Source: a virus
DNA: 64,000 nt
Virus record (IMG/VR): IMGVR_UViG_3300044739_000018
Location: 32,001-96,000 of that record
Reading direction: 5' to 3' (one strand)
Every line of letters starts with the position of its first letter. Position 1 is the first letter of the stretch. Below are positions 9,775 through 19,774 of this stretch, in pieces. Under the pieces are notes generated by a model, which worked only from the letters and a program-made list of their open reading frames with translations, was not told the origin of the DNA and ran no database searches. The translations under genes and the position numbers were made by a program.

Positions 9775-10154
9775 CAGCCCTCCTTGCTACCAAGCTCGGC
9801 AGCCATGGCCTCCAGGGCGTCGAGCACCTTGCGCTCCTCGTCCTCGGTTGCCTGCTTGGCTTCCTTGCCCTCCAGATCGGCTGCCATCAACAGCAGCTTC
9901 TCCTTCACTCCAGCCACGCTCTCCTTCTGAGCAGGAGCGGACGGAGCAGCGCCGCCAAGCTGGCGGTCGAGTTCACGGATGTGCTTGCACTCGAACTTCA
10001 CACCCATGCCGCCAGCCTTGTTCCGGCCGATGGCGTAGGCCGTGCAGTTGCAGGACCAGAAGTCACCCTCGGAACCCCACGTCACGACGTAGTTGCGAGA
10101 GCTGGACTCGGAGCTGACCTCGTAGAAGTCATCGCCCCTCTTAGTTACTTGCAT
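9774..10154 (-). CDS. SWIM zinc-finger protein
   Basis: WSCNCTAY...CKHI. Confidence 0.8.
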   Translation of the reverse strand: MQVTKRGDDFYEVSSESSSRNYVVTWGSEGDFWSCNCTAYAIGRNKAGGMGVKFECKHIRELDRQLGGAAPSAPAQKESVAGVKEKLLLMAADLEGKEAKQATEDEERKVLDALEAMAAELGSKEG

Positions 10155-10191
10155 CGGTACCTCCCTGTTACGGTTTGGTTTGGTTTGTTAT

Positions 10192-10271
10192 GCGGGGCCG
10201 AGAAACGTGTAGCGCCACAGGCCCCCGAAGGAACCTGCGATCCCGTTCTCGGGAACGCCTCCCGACCCCGC
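10192..10271 (-). ncRNA. Structured 5' leader RNA (three-way junction)
   Basis: Long closing stem with G-U pairs enclosing TCCCG-AGAA-CGGGA and a TTCG-loop hairpin; begins just after a promoter. Confidence 0.55.
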
Positions 10272-10276
10272 AGTTC

Positions 10277-10305
10277 AGTTTGCACGAGGATTCCACGCTT
10301 CGCAA
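10277..10305 (-). promoter_or_regulatory. Putative sigma70-type promoter
   Basis: TTGCGA-N17-CAAACT. Confidence 0.45.
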
Positions 10306-10356
10306 GCTGGCAAACGAAAATTTGCCACCCCGAAGCTCGGGAGTCCCAGTGTTGAC

Positions 10357-10560
10357 TTACGGAGCGGGCGGCTCCAGGATGGCCCGGATCAGTTCTTCTG
10401 TGAGGAAGTCCAGACCTGTCGCATCTTGGTTGACCAGCTTGTCGTTGCGCTCCAGCACGGCACGCACGTTGATGCGCAGCATGGGGGCGATGGCTTGGAA
10501 CAACTGCTGTTGCATGTTGCTCAGCATGTTCAGGAAGTCGGGCGGTAGGTCAGGTTCCAT
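10357..10560 (-). CDS. Hypothetical protein
   Basis: AAGGAG RBS. Confidence 0.5.
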   Translation of the reverse strand: MEPDLPPDFLNMLSNMQQQLFQAIAPMLRINVRAVLERNDKLVNQDATGLDFLTEELIRAILEPPAP

Positions 10561-10916
10561 GCTTCTCCTTCAAGTTACGGATGTACTCCTCGACGTGCTT
10601 ATCCTCCAGGAACTCCTCGACTATATCCATCACGAGGTTCGTGACGTGGGAGTACTCGTTCCCATAAGTCGGTGAGGCGTAGGCTCCGCCGCCCTTGGTG
10701 CAGGTCTTACAGAGGTAGCTGCTGTCGGTGTCCTGTGACATGGTGTCCAGGCGGACACTGTGGTGCCTGACAACATCAGCGATGGCCGCTCGCAGGTCCT
10801 TCATTGCTTCGGCAGACATCTGTAATGAAAGAAGCGCCCGCACTCCAACTCCATGCAGTCGTCGTACTTGTGGATCAGCTCGGAGCACCCTTCGCAGGTG
10901 CGTGTGGTGTGGGCCA

Positions 10917-11243
10917 TCAGTCCATGTCGATGGCGTAGCGCGGGCCTTCGCTGGCACGTGACCGCCAGTCTCGGGCAGCACGACGGACGTTCTCCAGTTC
11001 GTCCTGCCGACGCCGATGATTGTGGCTGTCGTAGGAGAGCGTGGGGTTGTGGTCGGTGTTCTCGTACACAGAGACGGACGATGAGCCAAGGACGGCGGTC
11101 ACCCAAATGACCACACCGTCTGGCCCCTTGACGAGCACGCTCTCGAAGTCCTTGAGAACGTGGTCACAATGCTGGTCGTCTCCGAACTCTCCCTCACAGA
11201 CCTTGCACTTGCCTTCCTGGCCTTCGTACTTGTGGTCAGCCAT
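10917..11243 (-). CDS. Hypothetical protein
   Basis: TGATG overlap. Confidence 0.5.
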   Translation of the reverse strand: MADHKYEGQEGKCKVCEGEFGDDQHCDHVLKDFESVLVKGPDGVVIWVTAVLGSSSVSVYENTDHNPTLSYDSHNHRRRQDELENVRRAARDWRSRASEGPRYAIDMD

Positions 11244-11543
11244 CAGATCAGGATGGCAACAGCGATGAGAACGGCTGCGATGAGGATGAAAAGGCGCGTA
11301 ACCCACACGACGCCCTTGTTCAGCGGTTCGTTGCTCATGATTCCTCCATGTCGTTGACCGGGCGAAAGCCGTGGCAGTGGTCGACCCACGTGCGCCGCCA
11401 TCTTGACCAGCGCATGCCTCCTACTTCGTTGGCCCCGTAGGTCAGGCACTCTCCGTAGAAGGCGCCGCCGTCTCGGGCGATACTCGTGTGATGCCTCGTG
11501 GCAGTGCAGCCGCACTCGCAGAGAGCAACGGGGCTGTTGGCCC

Positions 11544-11903
11544 TCATCGGTTCCTCTCCACGTATGCGGCTGTTGCTGCGTCCATAGCAGCAATGAGTCC
11601 GTGGTCCTCGTAGGTGAAGGCGAACCGCCGGATGTCATTCCACCGGTGGCGTTCGCTCACCAGCAGCTTGCGGAGCGACTCTACCTGCCTGGCCTGCTCC
11701 CCAAGGGCCACCTCGCGCTCCACAACGTCGGCGTAGAGCACGCTGGCCTCCTGGTTCAGCTCCTGGATCACGGGCCAGATGGCATTGGTGCAGAGCGTGA
11801 CGACTTTGAGTTTCATGGGATGGTCCCACCAGTCGGGGACCTTGGCGTCTACGGCGTAGGAGAGCAGCCGCTCGATGTTGTCCCTGTCCATGGACTCAGC
11901 CAT
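11544..11903 (-). CDS. Hypothetical coiled-coil protein
   Basis: Packed ORF. Confidence 0.5.
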   Translation of the reverse strand: MAESMDRDNIERLLSYAVDAKVPDWWDHPMKLKVVTLCTNAIWPVIQELNQEASVLYADVVEREVALGEQARQVESLRKLLVSERHRWNDIRRFAFTYEDHGLIAAMDAATAAYVERNR

Positions 11904-12288
11904 TGATCGGCACCACCTTGTGCTCCTTGTGGATGGAGCAGAAGTATGGGATGTGCTCCGTCGTGTTTGGGTTGCGGGCCAGGTACCTGCATTGGCAGAA
12001 CCTCTCCAAGTACCCGCGGGTGAACCCCATGATCCTGAACAGAGCGACGGCCTCGGACTCATGCTTGACCTGCTCGATGGCTGGTGCCGTGATGCCATCC
12101 TTGATGAACTCGAACACCCATTCCTCGGCGTTCTCGTCGCGTCCTTCCTGCGCAGCACGGGCAACGTCGGCCAACGAACGTGGCCCACCTTCTTCACCCA
12201 AGAAAAGCAGGCACTGACGGATGCCCTTTGCAACTTCCTGGACGAGCCGGTCCATCACCGGGTCGTCAAACAGCAGGTCATCGGACAC
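11896..12288 (-). CDS. Hypothetical protein
   Basis: GGAG RBS, packed ORF. Confidence 0.55.
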   Translation of the reverse strand: MSDDLLFDDPVMDRLVQEVAKGIRQCLLFLGEEGGPRSLADVARAAQEGRDENAEEWVFEFIKDGITAPAIEQVKHESEAVALFRIMGFTRGYLERFCQCRYLARNPNTTEHIPYFCSIHKEHKVVPING

Positions 12289-12936
12289 GGAGGTACTCCT
12301 GGATGGCCGCGCTGATGGCCGGGGGACGAATGCGATCCTTGTGGATGCGCTCGGCCACGTTGATGGCTGCCTCTAGGGCGGCAGGGTTCAGTTCTGAGTA
12401 GGTCTTGTGCGGGCGCACGGCTGACCGGAACCAACGCCGCTTCTCCCGCAGGCCGGGTGGTGTGGGCGGGCACTGATCCATGCCCGAGTGCATGCCGTTC
12501 GTGCCATGGCAGTTCGGGCAGATGTAATCGTCATTCCACTTTGCCACGTCGCCTCCTTTCCTCTGAGTAGGCACGAACCTCGTCGTACCAGGCTTGGTTG
12601 TGCGGTTCGTCCTTGCCGCGGTGGCAGGGGCAGATACAAAAACCACCCCCAGCAACGCCGCGAGCACGCTCGGACGCCGTGGGGGTGTTCTCGTACCTTT
12701 CGCACTCCCCATGGTCCTCGTCCATACAGGAGTCGGACACAAAGGGGTAGGCCACTACGCCGCTCTGTCGTGCCTGCTGCCGCGCTTGAGCAGACCACGC
12801 GTGGTTGCCCACAGCACGGTGCCCAGGCCGATGATGAGCACCGGCACGCCGAAGATGCGGAAGCGGTACAGAACCGCAGCAGCGAACCACGTTGCCGCGA
12901 TGCACGCGATGAGGGAGAACCAGTCGCCCTTGTCCA

Positions 12937-13308
12937 TTAGAAATCACCTCCGCCGCCACCACCGGAGTCGAAGCTGCCTCCGCCCGAGTCGTATGAGGAC
13001 CCCGAGTCGTAGCTGCTCCCACCACTGTCGTAAGACGAGCCGCCCCCGTCGTAACCGGACGAGCCGCTGTCGCCGCTGGAGGACTCGGAGCTGGTCTCGG
13101 CCGGGGCACACTCGGTGCTGGCCTCAGAGGCCGTCTCCGTGGCCTCAGGGGCACAATCAGCGTCCCGAGGCTCCTGGTCGGTCCTGTTGGAGTTGTCGAT
13201 GTAGAGCGGGTTCACGTACCCCGGGTGGAGCATGGTGTTGGTGGTCGTCTGCTGCACGAAGGGCCTACTCGCGGGCCGGTTACGCCGACGCCGAAACCAG
13301 TTTCTCAT
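12937..13308 (-). CDS. Protein with Gly/Ser/Tyr/Asp low-complexity tail
   Basis: GGAGG RBS; repeated SSYDSG(GG) units at C-terminus. Confidence 0.65.
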   Translation of the reverse strand: MRNWFRRRRNRPASRPFVQQTTTNTMLHPGYVNPLYIDNSNRTDQEPRDADCAPEATETASEASTECAPAETSSESSSGDSGSSGYDGGGSSYDSGGSSYDSGSSYDSGGGSFDSGGGGGGDF

Positions 13309-14605
13309 TGCCTTCCTCCTTGAAGAATGAACGTTGAAGTACTCGTGTCTCGTGGGCTGTCGGTCCATAGGATGTCAGGACCACGGGCCTGCTCAGGTGA
13401 TGCTCGATCATGTCAAGGTACGCCGACTTCGACACGTTCGTCAGGACCGGCAGGAAGTCCTTCATCAGCAGCGTGGTGTCACGCCCGCCGAGGTAGTAGT
13501 CACCCGGCACGACGCCACTCGGAGCGTCGTAGCTGGTGCAGATCGGCATGCCTTCGTCGGGCACGCGGTCCATGTGGGTGACAGCGAGGCCGTCAACGTC
13601 GCTGGCTGTGATGGCGTACTGCAACACGGGTAGGTCCAGGTGGCCGTTGCGCCATGCTCCCTGCCAAACGCCCGCCCCGTTGTGCAGCTCGGGAATGTCT
13701 CGCGTCATGTGGAAGTCCTCGGTCACCATCGGACCCGGGCCATGCCTCGTGGTGTAGGAGCGGATCACACCAAGGACGGTGACGTTGCGCCGCGTTCCGG
13801 TACCACTCAGCAACTCCAGGGCGTTGTGTCGTGTGGTCTTGGACCACGTGGTGTAGGGGTGGAAGCCGAACTGTTCATCCAGCAGCACGCCCTGTGCCCC
13901 CTCGAACACGATGTTCTCGTAGTTGCGAAGCGGATTGCCTGCCTCGATCTGAACGACGTTGCCGAAGTCAGCGTAGGCGTCCAGCCATTCCTTCATCTTC
14001 GGGTAGAGAATGTTCTCCATGGCCTGGCCCCACATGTCCTTGTCCACCGTGCGGGGCACTTCGAACTCGCCCACCGCATCCTTGGCGTACCGGAGGAATC
14101 GTTCCAGCATGACCTGAGAAAGCACTCGGTCAGTCAGGTGTCCGACGCGCAGGACTGATTCCCACCCGGAATGCGACTGGTGGATGCGTCCTTCTCCGAC
14201 ACCCTCACCCGTGGACCCATGCCGGTCAATCCCTCGGCTCAGTTCCCGCAGTCGATTGAGCGACTTGTGGGCGGGCGTGAGGACCATGGCTCGCGTGTCG
14301 ACGTGCAGCATGGAGAACGGGTCCTTCACGCCTACCGAACGCAGGTGCTCGGCTTCCTTGAAGGCGTTGAGGGGGTTCACCATCATGAACTTCGACAGGT
14401 AGGTCGAGGACCCGGCAAGTGTGCCCGCACCGAACTGCGAGAAGGTGTGGTGCTTGCCATCCCACGTCACCACGTTGTGAGCGGCTTGTGGCCCGCCGCA
14501 ATAGCGGACCACAAGCGCGCCTCTCTGCTGACGACAGAGGAAGTCAACAACCTTCCCCTTGCCAGCGTCACCAAAGCCAAGGTCAACAACGACCGTTGCC
14601 TTCAT
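13280..14605 (-). CDS. purA: Adenylosuccinate synthetase-like protein (PurA family, not PurZ)
   Basis: DLGFGDAGKG, GGPQAAHNV, HGSTGEG.G, FEGAQGVLLD..FG.HPYTT.S, YTTRHG.GP. Confidence 0.9.
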   Translation of the reverse strand: MKATVVVDLGFGDAGKGKVVDFLCRQQRGALVVRYCGGPQAAHNVVTWDGKHHTFSQFGAGTLAGSSTYLSKFMMVNPLNAFKEAEHLRSVGVKDPFSMLHVDTRAMVLTPAHKSLNRLRELSRGIDRHGSTGEGVGEGRIHQSHSGWESVLRVGHLTDRVLSQVMLERFLRYAKDAVGEFEVPRTVDKDMWGQAMENILYPKMKEWLDAYADFGNVVQIEAGNPLRNYENIVFEGAQGVLLDEQFGFHPYTTWSKTTRHNALELLSGTGTRRNVTVLGVIRSYTTRHGPGPMVTEDFHMTRDIPELHNGAGVWQGAWRNGHLDLPVLQYAITASDVDGLAVTHMDRVPDEGMPICTSYDAPSGVVPGDYYLGGRDTTLLMKDFLPVLTNVSKSAYLDMIEHHLSRPVVLTSYGPTAHETRVLQRSFFKEEGNEKLVSASA

Positions 14606-15540
14606 CGGGTCAGAGCAGCCTCGACGGCCTTGATGGTCACGTCCTCGGTCTCGTGCTCACGCAGGTGCTCCAGTCCCTCGGAAAGCTCGATGGCCTCCTC
14701 GGCAAGCCCCACGGTCACAGCGATGACCTCGGCCACGCTCTCACCGCGGTCGTCCAGCAGGATGACGTTCTGCCCGAGCAGACCCTGCCATGCCTTGATG
14801 ATGGCGTCCTGGCTGCCGCTGTCGGTCGCAGGGATGAGGACGTAGACCTCGTACTTCTCCTGCAACTCGGCAAGGATGTCGGTGGTCGGGATGTTGTCGG
14901 TGATCTCGTCACCGATGACACGCCGGACCTCGCGAGCCTTGACCTGCGGGTAGGGAGCCTCGTCACCGATGATGAAGGCGTAGCCCTTGTGCTGACGCTT
15001 CTCGAAGCACTCGATGTAGGTCTTGCGGGCGAGGTAGTACATGCCCAGCTCGTAGGACTCGTAGCCCCAGCCGCCGCCGTTGCCCTCGATGAAGATGTTC
15101 TTCAGGTGCTCGTCCATGCGGTTGTCCGCCTCGAACTGCGCCATCTGGAGCGGCACGCGGTCAGACGTGGCGTCACCGACAGCCCCGAACATGATCTGCG
15201 GGTCCTCGACGTAGCCCTTCATCTGCACCAGCCCCAGCAGGGCGGGCAGCTTCTTCAACAGCGTCTCCGGGATCTCGCCCATGCTGCCGGTCACGTCGAA
15301 CAGCACGGCCACAGCCACGCTCTTGGGATGCTCCGGCAGGTCCATGGACTCGCGGATGTTGTCGCCAGCGTGAACGCCGTTGTTGTTCACGCTCTTGGGA
15401 TCGAGCGTCTCGTGCGCCTTCCACTCTGTCATGCCACGGCTGCGAGTCGTGTCGGTGTACTCGAAGCCGCTCTTGCCGGAACGCAACGTCGCACCAGTGG
15501 TGCTGGCGTAAACGTCCGTTGACCAGTTTCCTCCGCCCAT
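14602..15540 (-). CDS. VWA (MIDAS) domain protein
   Basis: FDVTGSMG MIDAS motif, EGNGGG...ESYEL, IIGDE; ATGA-coupled to purA. Confidence 0.85.
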   Translation of the reverse strand: MGGGNWSTDVYASTTGATLRSGKSGFEYTDTTRSRGMTEWKAHETLDPKSVNNNGVHAGDNIRESMDLPEHPKSVAVAVLFDVTGSMGEIPETLLKKLPALLGLVQMKGYVEDPQIMFGAVGDATSDRVPLQMAQFEADNRMDEHLKNIFIEGNGGGWGYESYELGMYYLARKTYIECFEKRQHKGYAFIIGDEAPYPQVKAREVRRVIGDEITDNIPTTDILAELQEKYEVYVLIPATDSGSQDAIIKAWQGLLGQNVILLDDRGESVAEVIAVTVGLAEEAIELSEGLEHLREHETEDVTIKAVEAALTR

Positions 15541-15811
15541 CAGCTTTCTCCTTGGTTGTGTTCGAAATTTCGCCCCACCGGGGGTTGAGAGTCTGAGTGT
15601 TGACTCTCGTTGATGAGGGTCCGTTGCTGCCGAAGAAGCAGCCAGAAGTACAGCCACCCAAACGGGACCATGAATAGGCCCATCACGAAGGCGTCAGCCC
15701 AGCCGATGTCCGCGGCCCACCCGCTAAAGGCGATGTTCACCAAGCCGGTGAGTGTGCAGGCACCGATGCTGCCAAGCAGTCCGTGAAGGACTGGTCGTTC
15801 GTGGAGCAAGC

Positions 15812-16597
15812 TCATGCCATCGAGAAGGGTCGGAACCGGCGCGGCCCATACAGGCGCTCCAGAAGGTCGTCGAAATGCTCCTTGATCTGCCAAGGGTGGG
15901 CAGCCATCGTCGGCATCAGCATGGCGTTGAAGAAGGCGCGGTACTCCTTCGGGATGCCGTCAGGAATGGAGCCGTACTTCGGATCACCGCCCATCACATA
16001 GAGCATGGTGCGGGCAGCCATGGCGAGGTCCATCTGGTGGTACGCCTCGTGGCCGAGCACGGTCTTGGGGTACCAGTCCAGGTACTCCTGGCTCCAGAGG
16101 GTCTGGGGCATTTCCTCCATAGTGGAGTAGCACCAGTCCACGAGGACCAGCCCGTGCATTTCCGGGTGGATCATCACGTGGTCGGGCACGATGGCTCCGT
16201 GAACGAACTGCTGTTCATACGCGAAGCCGAGGACTACCAAGAGACGCCGAAACATCCAGGCCATATCCCTTGGGTCGATACCTCCAGGATACCGCGTCAG
16301 CACCTGCTTTAGCGAGTAGAAACCGTCCAGGTGAGTGAAAGCGTTCACCCACTTGCCGCCATCTGTGACGAAAGTCTCATGGAACTCGGGCAAGTAAGGC
16401 ACAAGCCTCGGGTCCGGTTCGTCCAGCAGCATCGAGAGGATCGACGCTTCCTTCGCGACGTGGCCTTCCTTGCCATCGTCGGACACCTTCAAGGCGTAGT
16501 AGTCGCCGTCCTTTAACGCACGGTAGATGGTGGCTTCCTCACCTTGCGCCGTCTCGTCGAGCAGCAGGTAGCTGCCCACCTGGTCACCGGGTTGCAT
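15812..16597 (-). CDS. Atypical Ser/Thr protein kinase-like protein
   Basis: YALKVS lysine, alphaC Glu, catalytic loop HGAIVPDHV, DWC at DFG position. Confidence 0.75.
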   Translation of the reverse strand: MQPGDQVGSYLLLDETAQGEEATIYRALKDGDYYALKVSDDGKEGHVAKEASILSMLLDEPDPRLVPYLPEFHETFVTDGGKWVNAFTHLDGFYSLKQVLTRYPGGIDPRDMAWMFRRLLVVLGFAYEQQFVHGAIVPDHVMIHPEMHGLVLVDWCYSTMEEMPQTLWSQEYLDWYPKTVLGHEAYHQMDLAMAARTMLYVMGGDPKYGSIPDGIPKEYRAFFNAMLMPTMAAHPWQIKEHFDDLLERLYGPRRFRPFSMA

Positions 16598-16926
16598 TGG
16601 TCCAACCTCCCCTTGGCATTCCGCATCGGTAACAGTGGTCCGAGCGATAGATGAGACCACCGACCGACTTGATGAACTTGTGGCCGTTCAGTTTGCCCCA
16701 CAGCCCGATGCAATGGACGTTGGGCGGGGCCTTGGTAGTGGGCTGTCTGCCCACTAGTCGTCCAGGTGGCTACGGATGGCCCTGTAGGCGTCCTCGCGGG
16801 TCTTGGTCCGACCACGGTGGTAACCGCGGCCGGGGATCTTGTAGTCGAAGGCGAACCAGCCCGCTTCCTCGTCAATCAGCCGGTCCAGGGCCTCGTCGGT
16901 TGTGTCGAAGCGCAGCACCTTCTCAC

Positions 16927-17175
16927 TCATGCGTTGGCCGGTTCCTTGACCTTGGTGTAGCCGTAGATGACGCCGTTGCCGAACTCCCAGAGGATGCGAC
17001 CGTAGTTGCGGGTCACGTATCCCTGGGCGTTGCGCTGCGAGCCAAAGGCGTGGTACTCGGTGATCCTCCGGTTCGGGCCGTGAATCTCCACGAGGTGAGC
17101 ATCGTTCTCTTTGGTGATCGTGGCAAGCCACATGTATCCCCGCGGGATCGGCGTAGTGCGAGGAGTGTGGGACAT
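16927..17175 (-). CDS. Hypothetical protein
   Basis: GGAGAGG RBS; overlaps at both ends. Confidence 0.55.
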   Translation of the reverse strand: MSHTPRTTPIPRGYMWLATITKENDAHLVEIHGPNRRITEYHAFGSQRNAQGYVTRNYGRILWEFGNGVIYGYTKVKEPANA

Positions 17176-17390
17176 CAGCCTCTCCTTGTGATCTTGTTCT
17201 TGACCAGTGCTAGGGCGTAGAGCGCCGATCCGATGGCCGCGATGACGCCAGCTATCAGCGCCATCGCAAGGCCAAAGGAAAGGAACGCCACAATGATTGG
17301 GATGAACAGGAGGATGAACGGGACAGCGTGGAAGCCAGTGAGCCTGACTGTCGTGGTGCCGTCGTCGTTGCGAATCCTCTGGACTGCCAT
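17175..17390 (-). CDS. Small membrane protein
   Basis: Long hydrophobic stretch; TGATG overlap. Confidence 0.55.
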   Translation of the reverse strand: MAVQRIRNDDGTTTVRLTGFHAVPFILLFIPIIVAFLSFGLAMALIAGVIAAIGSALYALALVKNKITRRG

Positions 17391-18328
17391 CAGTGCTTCA
17401 CCAGTCCGAGCATCTGCACGACGCTGCTCTCGAAGATCTGGAGACGGCTGTGCGTGTTGTCGAGCGTCTGCTCCAACAGGTTGCCGTACTCCTTCGTCTT
17501 GCCGGTGAGGGCGTGGTACTTGTTGAGGTACTCCTGGTACGCCTTCTCCGTGATCTTCTGCCCGCTGGTCTGGATCTCCTGCATCTTGACGAGCAGGCTG
17601 TCGATCTCGTCCGCGGTCTCGGCCTCGAAGGCACGCTGGAGCATTTCCCTCTGCTTGGTGTCGTCCACCAGCGGGAACTCCGAGCACGAGGACCCGTTGC
17701 CGAGTCCGTTCACGAACTCCTCGACGGCCTGGACCTCAGCAGCGAATTCCTCCGGCACGAAGTAAAGGCCGTTGCGAACGACGGTGGCACCGAGTCGGAT
17801 GATGAAGTGGCGCACCCACTCCCGCACCGTGTACCCCGTGACGCTGCCGCGCTGGCTGTTGTACTTCTGCTGCATTTCGGCGGCGATCACGTCGGCCATC
17901 GGGTTGCGGTAACCCGGCAGAGCGAGAGCCTCGAACTTGCCGCCAGCCTTCTCGAACGTCACGTCGTATGCCTGGTCGTAGGTGAGCCTGCGCCCGCCAC
18001 CGTCGACCTGCTCCACGACGATGCGGCGAACGATCTTGCCGTTGCCCTCAGGCACGTCGCGGACGAGGAAGTTCTCGTAGACGTTGGGGTTGCTGGTCGG
18101 CTCCTTCTTGCGCTCGCACTCCTTGGTGACACGCCGGAACGTGTCGGAGTCCTTCGGCATGAGAGGCAGGCTCTTGTCGATGCCTGCGGCCACCAGCCTG
18201 CGCACCACTTCGCTGTGGTCCATGCGCAGGTCGTTGACGGTGTAGTACACCAAGCGGCCGAGGAACATCTGCTTTCCGGCATTGGCCGCGTTGATGAGAC
18301 GCGTCTGCAAGTCGCTGTATGCGCTCAC
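17390..18328 (-). CDS. Hypothetical helical protein (DUF6744-like, tentative)
   Basis: 312-aa ORF with RBS and own promoter; LGRLVYYTV, DTFRRVT, GLYFVP motifs. Confidence 0.65.
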   Translation of the reverse strand: MSAYSDLQTRLINAANAGKQMFLGRLVYYTVNDLRMDHSEVVRRLVAAGIDKSLPLMPKDSDTFRRVTKECERKKEPTSNPNVYENFLVRDVPEGNGKIVRRIVVEQVDGGGRRLTYDQAYDVTFEKAGGKFEALALPGYRNPMADVIAAEMQQKYNSQRGSVTGYTVREWVRHFIIRLGATVVRNGLYFVPEEFAAEVQAVEEFVNGLGNGSSCSEFPLVDDTKQREMLQRAFEAETADEIDSLLVKMQEIQTSGQKITEKAYQEYLNKYHALTGKTKEYGNLLEQTLDNTHSRLQIFESSVVQMLGLVKH

Positions 18329-18397
18329 TGGTATCTCCTGTTCGGTTTGGTTATGTTGGTTATGTTGACGGCTGGCCCCCAGGGATCATGCCTGGGA

Positions 18398-18427
18398 ACG
18401 GTACCGTCAGCAGGTGTTGCTTGTCAA
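18398..18427 (-). promoter_or_regulatory. Sigma70-type promoter
   Basis: TTGACA-N18-TACCGT. Confidence 0.6.
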
Positions 18428-18565
18428 GCGATCATGCCCGAGAAGGGCAGGATCAGGTGCGGTGCGTGTCTTTGAGAATGCAGCACACGGCACAGCAAAA
18501 GCGTTGACGCTCAGCCATCAGGCGCTTGCACTCGGATTCCGTGGCCCCACACTCGGAGCACTTCA

Positions 18566-18802
18566 TCAGTTCAGGCCGTGGACCAGCACGTGGCGCACGT
18601 CGATGAGCAGCGTCTGGAGTTCCCGAATGTCCTTCGGCTCCAAAACGGTGCGGACGGCGCTGGCCTGGAGCCAGGTCTCCACATCCTTGACCAGCCCCTC
18701 GACGGTGACCTCGGGGACCGTGACCTCGACCTCGACAGCGGTGTCTGTCTCCACGCCTTCTGTATCGGCAGGGACAGCCTCGTCAACCAAGCCCTCGGTC
18801 AT
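18566..18802 (-). CDS. Hypothetical acidic protein
   Basis: ATGA overlap. Confidence 0.55.
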   Translation of the reverse strand: MTEGLVDEAVPADTEGVETDTAVEVEVTVPEVTVEGLVKDVETWLQASAVRTVLEPKDIRELQTLLIDVRHVLVHGLN

Positions 18803-19038
18803 ACGGTGTGCCCGAACCCGTCACGGAGCAGCCGACGAGCTGCCTCTGCCAAACGAGCATTGAGCCGGAAGGCATCGCCGGACGGGTGTCCGTTCTCGAT
18901 GTCAACCTTCAACCGACGCAACTTCCCGTGAAGCTCCACTGACCGCTTCGCCTTCTGCTGTGTGCCCAGCATCGAGAGGCTCGACAACTCCTGCTCCAGT
19001 GCCGCCAGGCTCAGCTCGATCTCCGCTGTTGTTGCCAT
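18799..19038 (-). CDS. Stand-alone paralogue of the MoxR ATPase C-terminal helical domain
   Basis: KAKRSVELHGKLRRLKVDIE matches the ATPase tail. Confidence 0.65.
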   Translation of the reverse strand: MATTAEIELSLAALEQELSSLSMLGTQQKAKRSVELHGKLRRLKVDIENGHPSGDAFRLNARLAEAARRLLRDGFGHTV

Positions 19039-19774
19039 CTGCTTCCTCCATGTTCGGTAGTTGGAACGCCTTCATTGCTTCCTTCCGTCCACACTCAGAG
19101 CATAGACGGACACCCTTCTCGTAACGGCTGATTGCGTGCCTGTGTCTCGGGGCTTCCGAGCCACAGTGTCCGCAGACGTAGCTCTTGGGGTGAAACACTG
19201 GCTCCAGGACGAACTCCGAGTAAGCCTCGGTGCCCGACCAGTAGTCGCTGCCCTCGTGGTGCTCGGAGAGCTTGACCGTGAACTCGCCTGTCACGTACTG
19301 CTGAATGAGGTCCCACCGATCCTCTATGTCCACGCAGGCACCAAGAACGTAGCTGTCTCGGCTCTGCTCGGGACCGCTGATGTACTCAGCGGTGCAGTTC
19401 TCTCCTGCCTCGCACGGGTCCTTGCAGTGCAGGTACAGCCGACCTTCCTCGATGGTTACGCCCCACTTGTGGTCCTGCGCCTTGCATGGCCGCTTGTCCT
19501 TCTTGGACCAGGGCTGGACCCAAAGGGGCCAGTACACGCACTCCGGGTAGGTCTCACGCTCCCAGGCGAGAGCGTCAACTACGTCGGCGTTCGACCAAAC
19601 CGGCGCTTCGATCCACTTGTGCTCAGGCCCGCGGCGGTGCCGTGAAAGAGCACCAATCCAGGTGGTCTCGTCGCGTCGCTTCTGATCCCACACCTTGGGT
19701 CCCCACCTGAGGGTCATGCGTTCTGCCCATGCCAGGACGACAGCATGCGGGTCGTCGTAGTTCTCGTCACTCAC
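18902..19774 (-). CDS. Hypothetical Cys-rich protein
   Basis: Long ORF with CxxC pairs; start uncertain. Confidence 0.5.
   Translation of the reverse strand: MSDENYDDPHAVVLAWAERMTLRWGPKVWDQKRRDETTWIGALSRHRRGPEHKWIEAPVWSNADVVDALAWERETYPECVYWPLWVQPWSKKDKRPCKAQDHKWGVTIEEGRLYLHCKDPCEAGENCTAEYISGPEQSRDSYVLGACVDIEDRWDLIQQYVTGEFTVKLSEHHEGSDYWSGTEAYSEFVLEPVFHPKSYVCGHCGSEAPRHRHAISRYEKGVRLCSECGRKEAMKAFQLPNMEEADGNNSGDRAEPGGTGAGVVEPLDAGHTAEGEAVSGASREVASVEG

Noticed and set aside
12937-13100. Repeat array at the DNA level
   Set aside because: It is explained by the in-frame SSYDSGGG low-complexity protein tail.
13280-14605. PurZ (Z-genome) synthetase
   Set aside because: It retains Asp in GDAGKG, where PurZ has Ser. 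No datZ or mazZ was recognised in the window.
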